Shown piece by piece: positions 62,887-64,000 of a stretch of DNA of 64,000 nucleotides; positions within the stretch are counted from its first letter, which is position 1, and each line of letters begins with the position of its first letter. This DNA comes from a virus, in IMG/VR virus record IMGVR_UViG_3300027754_000042, one strand, 5' to 3'. A program made the position numbers and the translations under genes. The notes under the pieces were generated by a model, which was not told the DNA's origin, did no database searches, and was given only the letters and a program-made list of their open reading frames with translations.

Positions 62887-64000
62887 AACATTTTGTACGA
62901 TGCCTTGGTCGTCTATTATGATTTTGCCATCAGGTGATTTCAAGATTTGTTGTTTCACAGGCCACAAGACATCAGATGGTCGTGATAGCCATGGTGTTGC
63001 TATAGATGATGACGGCAATTCAATGAATGTCCTGACGCATTCTATCAAAGAAGCAATGAATAGTAAATGGCATAAAGAATTGCGAGTAGCGCAGTCACAA
63101 GGCAAGCGCCACGAGATATGCAAGGTGTGTTGGGATCGTGATGATGCCGCAGCGACACATGATGAGGCTGCAACATCATTGCGCGTCGTGCGAACCTACT
63201 ACCAGAATGCTGATAGCGGAACAAATCAATCCCGTAAACATTTTGGTGGGCATCCTATGACGGGTGCTGTTCTACCTGAGACTGCATCTGATATCATGAC
63301 CGCTGGTGGTTCGATTGACATGATGCCAATCAGCTTGGATATGCGCTTTAGCAATCTATGCAATGCTAAATGCATCATGTGTGAACCTCTCTATAGCACA
63401 CTTTGGTACGGAGATCAAATCGACGTAAATCAAAAAGATTTTTTTGATGTAGGACCAAAACGATATAACATCATTACCAAAACATCTCCTACCGGCCGCA
63501 AGACATATACCGATGACATGCCAAATTGGAATGATGACCCTCGTTGGTGGAAACAGTTTGATGAACTAGCACCACATCTTCGTCACGTTTATATCACAGG
63601 TGGCGAACCTTTCATCCAGCCTGTCCATGATGTATTCATCGAAAAGCTTGTCGAGCGCGGCTTCGCAAAAAACATTATCATCGAATATGATACCAATCTC
63701 AGCGTTTTGAATCCAAAGATTTTGAATTATCTCACAGAGTTCAAAGATGTTATCATTCGCATCAGTGCCGATGATGTCGGCGAAAGGTATAACCTTGTTC
63801 GCTTTCCATTGAAGTTTGATCGCATCACCAAGAACATAGAACTACTAAAGGAATATGGGCTCCACGAAAAAATTGTCAATATCACATCATGCATTGGTAT
63901 TCATACCATTTTTGCTCCACTTACCATTCACAGATATTTTAGTGCGCTCGGCTACGATAAGTATGTGTTCCGTATCCTTCGCTCTCCACCACAGGTCGAT
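62870..64000 (+). CDS. Radical SAM protein with an N-terminal twitch/SPASM-like domain (truncated at the window end)
   Basis: Manual translation gives FCTMPW...ICC...CKVCW, NLCNAKCIMC (CxxxCxxC) and TGGEPF; open to the window end. Confidence 0.88.
   Translation, partial: MSFSNKTFCTMPWSSIMILPSGDFKICCFTGHKTSDGRDSHGVAIDDDGNSMNVLTHSIKEAMNSKWHKELRVAQSQGKRHEICKVCWDRDDAAATHDEAATSLRVVRTYYQNADSGTNQSRKHFGGHPMTGAVLPETASDIMTAGGSIDMMPISLDMRFSNLCNAKCIMCEPLYSTLWYGDQIDVNQKDFFDVGPKRYNIITKTSPTGRKTYTDDMPNWNDDPRWWKQFDELAPHLRHVYITGGEPFIQPVHDVFIEKLVERGFAKNIIIEYDTNLSVLNPKILNYLTEFKDVIIRISADDVGERYNLVRFPLKFDRITKNIELLKEYGLHEKIVNITSCIGIHTIFAPLTIHRYFSALGYDKYVFRILRSPPQVD

Noticed and set aside
1-64000. Stop-codon reassignment
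   Set aside because: Core genes are full length in the standard code, and TAA, TAG and TGA are all used as stops.

Overview
A 64-kb segment of a large T4-like myophage genome, with essentially all genes on the + strand. In order it holds: a head/tail module (gp19, gp20, a collagen-like insert, gp67/68-like, gp21, gp22, gp23, gp3); recombination and late-transcription genes (uvsY, uvsW, gp55, gp47, gp46); peptide deformylase; a C5-cytosine methyltransferase homologue with a CmoA homologue; a GC-richer early region (small ORFs, a VWA/peptidase, a CobS-like AAA ATPase); bS21; the replisome (gp45, gp44, gp62, regA, gp43, uvsX, gp41, gp61) with nuclease and methylase inserts; hsp20, DUF1127, endolysin and holin; a late block of probable head-packaged proteins; spanins; class II RNR; a glycosyltransferase/PlcP cluster; speD; tRNA-Gly; an Omp25-like porin; and a radical SAM gene cut by the window end. 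The Omp25-like, DUF1127, PlcP, TIGR02594 and ROSE-like features suggest an alphaproteobacterial host, probably Rhizobiales-like (inference). Main findings: (1) the C5 methyltransferase homologue has Arg instead of Asn in motif X and overlaps cmoA, predicting 5-carboxymethylcytosine DNA modification; (2) a PlcP-like phospholipase C is coupled to a glycosyltransferase, suggesting phage-driven membrane remodelling to scavenge phosphate; (3) two near-identical consensus antisense promoters share a transcribed 5' sequence but serve no gene; (4) several key genes appear leaderless; (5) there are cassette-like polyproteins with prohead-protease-type junctions. All family calls come from motif recognition by eye; no database searches were run.
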